NCBI GenBank assembly: GCA_015233195.1
Contig: JADFYE010000014.1
Coordinates: 1-60,432 of the forward strand
Length of the DNA: 60,432 nucleotides
Direction of reading: 5' to 3'
Origin: Candidatus Omnitrophota bacterium
Lineage (GTDB): Bacteria > Omnitrophota > Gorgyraeia > Zapsychrales > Zapsychraceae
The notes beneath the pieces are model-generated. The model was not told where the DNA came from and ran no database searches. It worked only from the letters and a program-made list of their open reading frames with translations. This document shows positions 56,491 to 60,432 of this stretch, one piece after another. Position 1 is the first letter of the stretch. Each line of letters starts with the position of its first letter. The translations under genes and the position numbers were made by a program.

Positions 56491-57954
56491 ATGATAAACA
56501 AACTTGTTCCATTAATTTTCGATGACAGCGTTAAAGGCAGACGGGGATATGTTAATCCTCCGTCCGGCGTTGACACCAAAGCTCCGATCCCTCAGGCTTA
56601 TTTGCGTAAGAGTGAATGCAATTGGCCGGAAGTTTCGGAATTGGACGTAGTACGTCATTTTACCCGCTTGTCCCGCATGAATTATTCAGTTGATACGCAT
56701 TTTTATCCGTTGGGTTCGTGTACTATGAAATATAATCCGCGCATAACTGAGAAGATCGCGCAGTTATCTGGTTTTACAGATCTGCATCCATTGTTACCTC
56801 AACTTAAACACGGCGAGAAATTCGCCCAAGGCGCTCTGCAGGTTTTATATGAAATGGAACAATTGTTATGCGAGATAACCGGATTTAAAGCTTTTACAAT
56901 GCAGCCTTTGGCTGGCGCGCATGGCGAGTTGTCCGGCGTAATGATGATTGCTGCATATCACAAAGCTAAAGGGAATAATAAAAAAAATATTTTGGTGCCT
57001 GACGCTGCTCACGGAACTAATCCGGCTACAGCCGCAATCGTTGGCTACGAAATTGTTTCAGTTAAAACAGCGCCTAATGGTGAGCTTGATATTGAAGATT
57101 TGAAAACTAAAGTCAATCAGGATACAGCAGGTATGATGATGACCTGTCCTGATACACACGGTATATTCCAATCACAGATCGACCAGATCGCCGAGATTAT
57201 TCACGCTGTAGACGGTTTAATGTATTATGACGGAGCTAATCTGAACGCGATTTTAGGACGCTGTCGTCCAGGTGATGTTGGGTTTGATGTAATGCACATT
57301 AACATTCACAAAACATTTTCCGCGCCACATGGCGGCGGAGGACCAGGTTCTGGTCCAGTAGGCGTGGGTGAAAGATTGTTACCGTTTTTGCCGATATCCC
57401 GGGTCGTAAAAAATACGGACGGTGATTTTGCTTTGAATTATGATTATCCACAATCCGTCGGATACGTTGCATCGTTTTATGGTAATTTTTCAGTCATATT
57501 GAAGGCTTTTGCGTATACATTGTTATTAGGCGGTCAGGGTTTAAAAGAAACCAGCGACCATGCGGTTTTAAATGCAAATTATGTCCGGGCTTGTTTAAAA
57601 GATCGTTATGAATTGCCTTATGATCGTATTTGCATGCATGAAGTGGTTTTTTCAGCGTCTGAACAAGTAAAACGCGGCGTCCACACTTTAGATATTGCAA
57701 AATTTTTGATAGATAAAGGTTTTCATCCGCCAACAATTTATTTTCCGATGACAGTAAAAGAAGCCATCATGATCGAGCCGACTGAAACTGAATCACGGCA
57801 AAGTATTGATGAATTTATTCAGGCGATGATTGAGGCTGATGAATTATCTAAAACTGATCCGGAAAGTTTTCATAATATGCCGACTACTATGCCGATCTCC
57901 CGTCCTGACGACGTAAAAGCAGCAAAAGACATTAATACCTGTTATCATTGTTAA
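56491..57954 (+). CDS. gcvPB: Glycine dehydrogenase subunit 2
   Basis: PLGSCTMKYNP, HGTNPAT and NIHKTFSAPHGGGGPG motifs; start placed at ATG 56491. Confidence 0.97.
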   Translation: MINKLVPLIFDDSVKGRRGYVNPPSGVDTKAPIPQAYLRKSECNWPEVSELDVVRHFTRLSRMNYSVDTHFYPLGSCTMKYNPRITEKIAQLSGFTDLHPLLPQLKHGEKFAQGALQVLYEMEQLLCEITGFKAFTMQPLAGAHGELSGVMMIAAYHKAKGNNKKNILVPDAAHGTNPATAAIVGYEIVSVKTAPNGELDIEDLKTKVNQDTAGMMMTCPDTHGIFQSQIDQIAEIIHAVDGLMYYDGANLNAILGRCRPGDVGFDVMHINIHKTFSAPHGGGGPGSGPVGVGERLLPFLPISRVVKNTDGDFALNYDYPQSVGYVASFYGNFSVILKAFAYTLLLGGQGLKETSDHAVLNANYVRACLKDRYELPYDRICMHEVVFSASEQVKRGVHTLDIAKFLIDKGFHPPTIYFPMTVKEAIMIEPTETESRQSIDEFIQAMIEADELSKTDPESFHNMPTTMPISRPDDVKAAKDINTCYHC

Positions 57955-57955
57955 T

Positions 57956-58675
57956 ATGATCTTGCGTGATATTTCTTTTAATTCTCCTGCAGAAAATATT
58001 CTATTCGACGAATTTTTATTGCATCAGGCTGAAGCTGGACAATCTGGTGAGAGTCTACGTTTTTGGGAATCTCCTAAGTATTTTGTGGTCTTAGGTCGTA
58101 TCGGCAAAGTTGACGAAGATGTAAACCTTCCTGCAGTGAAATTTGATAAAATCCCAGTATTGCGCAGAGCTTCAGGCGGCGGCACAGTCTTACAGGGTCC
58201 GGGATGTTTAAACTATTCTTTAGTCTTATCAAAAAAAACAGACGTGAAACTAGCTGATATTAGAAGGTCTTACGATTATATTCTCTCCAAAGTAGTTAAG
58301 GTTTTGGGCAAACAAGGAATAGACTCTAAATATTTTCCAATCTCAGATATTGCTCTAAAAGATAATGAGAAAAAATTTTCTGGAAACGCTCAAAAACGTG
58401 GACGTAATTATATTCTGCATCATGGCACAATTCTTTATAATTTTGACCTTAATTTAATTTTTAAATATTTAACCATGCCTAAAAGTATTCCTGGATATCG
58501 TCAAAAGCGTCCTCACCAGGACTTTGTAACGAATATTTCGCTATCAATAGCAGACTTAAAAAAGCTTATGGCACAAGAGTTTAAGATTAAAGGAGCGGTT
58601 TCCGCAATTAATGCTTCAGAAAAACAACTTTGGTCTGAATTTTTCCTTAAAAAAGATCTTTCCGCGGGTATTTAA
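57956..58675 (+). CDS. lplA: Lipoate--protein ligase family protein
   Basis: RRASGGGTV, KKFSGNAQ and HGT motifs; lies next to the gcv genes. Confidence 0.88.
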   Translation: MILRDISFNSPAENILFDEFLLHQAEAGQSGESLRFWESPKYFVVLGRIGKVDEDVNLPAVKFDKIPVLRRASGGGTVLQGPGCLNYSLVLSKKTDVKLADIRRSYDYILSKVVKVLGKQGIDSKYFPISDIALKDNEKKFSGNAQKRGRNYILHHGTILYNFDLNLIFKYLTMPKSIPGYRQKRPHQDFVTNISLSIADLKKLMAQEFKIKGAVSAINASEKQLWSEFFLKKDLSAGI

Positions 58676-58811
58676 CCTATTAAGACGACAAAATTTAATG
58701 TTTTGGAGAATTAAAGTATAAAATTATATTCTATTTAATTAAAATATAGGTATAATCTTAATTATTATTTAACCAATGGTATTTGTGAAAGTTATTGCAA
58801 GACTCACATAT

Positions 58812-60125
58812 ATGCGTTATAAAAAGTTCATATTATTAGTGTTGTTTTTAGGGTTGGCGCCTTTTTATTCAGAGTGCAAACTGGCTGAAAATAAAATGGA
58901 TATAAAACCTCTTAATACAAATATTTCAAAAAAATCTGCAGTTAAAGAATCCAAATCAGTTGACCAGGTTTATCAAAGTTACCTTGATTATTTTGAGCAA
59001 GTTTATAAATATATGGACGAGAACTATTATCACGCGGTTAGCCGGGAAGCATATAATGATTTTGTTCAAAAATTTAATACAAAAATTTATGCTCAATTTA
59101 AAGATACTGGTAAATCCGTTGATTTTATAAAATGGCGAAGCGCTGCACTTTTAGTTGATCATTTAAAGACGCAGGAAGATGTTTTTTCAGCTTTGTATCC
59201 GCCTAAGCCTGCTGAAGAATTTGTAAAAAGTGCTACAGGAAAAAGAAATGATCTTGGGATAGAAGGACATAAAATTGCAGAAGGATATTCAGTAGATAAA
59301 GTTGAACCTCGGTCGGATTCATATGTTAAAGGGTTAAGACCGCAAGATTTGATTTTAGCTTTTAACAGTCAGAATGTGGGTGATTTAGATGATGTGAAGA
59401 TTAAAGATTTTCTTAATCCTCTGGAAAATGCAGAAGTGGCAATTGATTACTTAGCTGCTGTAGATAAGCATAAAAAACAAATTAAAGTGAAAAGTCAGGA
59501 ATATATAAAGCAAACTGTATTTGCTTTTGATACAGGGGTGCCAAATGTTTATGGAATTAAGTTAGAAACTTTTAACCGGATGACGTCTGAAGATATGCTT
59601 AGGTACATGGAGTTTTTCCGTCAACAAGGATCGATTGAAGGACTTATTTTGGACTTACGCAATAATCCGGGAGGTCCGCCTTTAGCTGCCCGGGAAATAT
59701 CGGCTTTCTTTTTACCTGGAGGAGATCAGTTTGCATATTTTCACAAAAAGGGTTTGGAGGAAGCAAAGTTGGATGTTCCGGTTATCCCTGAACAGTTCAA
59801 ATATCATGGTCCGATGGTTATTTGGGTTAATAAGGATTCAGGAAGCGCGTCAGAATTATTTTCTGGCATATTGCAGCGTAAAGGTCGGGCTATTTTAATG
59901 GGATCTAATTCCGCAGGTCAGGTTATGTTAAAAAGTATGTTTGATATGGATGATAAAGCCATGCTGCTTTTAATAACTTCGCGCGGTTATCATTCCGACG
60001 GAACTCCTTTTAGTTTTGGTGGTTTGATACCTGATCAGCGGACTGCTACTGAAAGTGAAATATTGCAAGCATCTTTGAATTACATACGATACATGGATAT
60101 GAAAAACAGCGGAAAAATTAAATAA
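58812..60125 (+). CDS. S41 family (CtpA-like) PDZ protease with atypical active site
   Basis: Signal/anchor segment, degenerate PDZ, ILDLRNNPGG, SGSASE and GLIPD motifs; start placed at ATG 58812. Confidence 0.85.
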   Translation: MRYKKFILLVLFLGLAPFYSECKLAENKMDIKPLNTNISKKSAVKESKSVDQVYQSYLDYFEQVYKYMDENYYHAVSREAYNDFVQKFNTKIYAQFKDTGKSVDFIKWRSAALLVDHLKTQEDVFSALYPPKPAEEFVKSATGKRNDLGIEGHKIAEGYSVDKVEPRSDSYVKGLRPQDLILAFNSQNVGDLDDVKIKDFLNPLENAEVAIDYLAAVDKHKKQIKVKSQEYIKQTVFAFDTGVPNVYGIKLETFNRMTSEDMLRYMEFFRQQGSIEGLILDLRNNPGGPPLAAREISAFFLPGGDQFAYFHKKGLEEAKLDVPVIPEQFKYHGPMVIWVNKDSGSASELFSGILQRKGRAILMGSNSAGQVMLKSMFDMDDKAMLLLITSRGYHSDGTPFSFGGLIPDQRTATESEILQASLNYIRYMDMKNSGKIK

Positions 60126-60126
60126 G

Positions 60127-60432
60127 ATGAAAATTTTAGTAACTATACCGGCGTTTAATGAAGAAAAAAATATATTCAAAACTATTGAAGAGGTAATGGG
60201 TTGCGGTGTTGACGTATCAGTAGTGGTGATCAATGATGGCTCCGTCGATAAAACCGTGGATGAAGCTTCAAAGGCAGGCGCTAAAGTAATTTGTTTGCCG
60301 TTTAATTTAGGCATAGGCGGTGCTGTTCAGACGGGGTTTAAGTACGCGTACAAAAATAATTTTGATGTTATGATTCAGATAGACGGCGATAATCAACATG
60401 ATGCCGCGTATTTGAAAGATATTTTGGCTCCA
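60127..60432 (+). CDS. Glycosyltransferase family 2, 3' partial
   Basis: MKILVTIPAFNEE, INDGSVD, NLGIGGAVQTG and IDGDNQH; runs off the window end. Confidence 0.92.
   Translation, partial: MKILVTIPAFNEEKNIFKTIEEVMGCGVDVSVVVINDGSVDKTVDEASKAGAKVICLPFNLGIGGAVQTGFKYAYKNNFDVMIQIDGDNQHDAAYLKDILAP

Noticed and set aside
59952-59963. DKAM in the S41 protease as part of the DxAM system
   Set aside because: It is a single occurrence inside a folded catalytic domain, consistent with chance.
520-60314. Numerous short ORFs (60-150 aa) antisense or out of frame to recognised genes
   Set aside because: They overlap well-supported CDSs and have no recognisable motifs; treated as shadow ORFs.

Overview
Gene-dense, AT-rich bacterial chromosome segment with almost all genes on the + strand. 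Gene content and protein families suggest a PVC-superphylum organism, possibly Omnitrophota; this is an inference and was not verified. In order, the window holds: nrnA (partial) and ribF; a near-complete dcw cluster (mraZ to ftsA) interrupted by a repeat-flanked DUF559 endonuclease and an exported metallopeptidase, lacking murB and ending without ftsZ; housekeeping and metabolic genes (U32 protein, trpB2, ychF, gnd, zwf, rhomboid, dinB, PLD, glgP, PIF1-like helicase, purU, xseAB, mazEF, tRNA-Arg(TCG), gcvT/H/PA/PB, lplA, S41 protease, partial GT2). The standout is a tandem pair of large predicted secreted proteins (30675-36476 and 36502-41901). They share a signal peptide, a conserved ~370-aa N-terminal domain and a C-terminal DKA-x(5-6)-GGIDL tail. 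Between these sit unrelated cargo modules bounded by a recurring D-x-A-M motif: an intact-looking GalE epimerase, a duplicated orphan module, and a tandem double MutS-like ATPase. This resembles a modular exported polyprotein or effector-cassette system. Several small repeat families also occur. A C/G-rich palindrome family flanks DUF559 and appears as a doublet, a singlet and an in-frame coding insertion. A ~120-nt multi-stem element is present twice with compensatory base changes. There is also a GTAG-type REP and short purine-rich tandem repeats.
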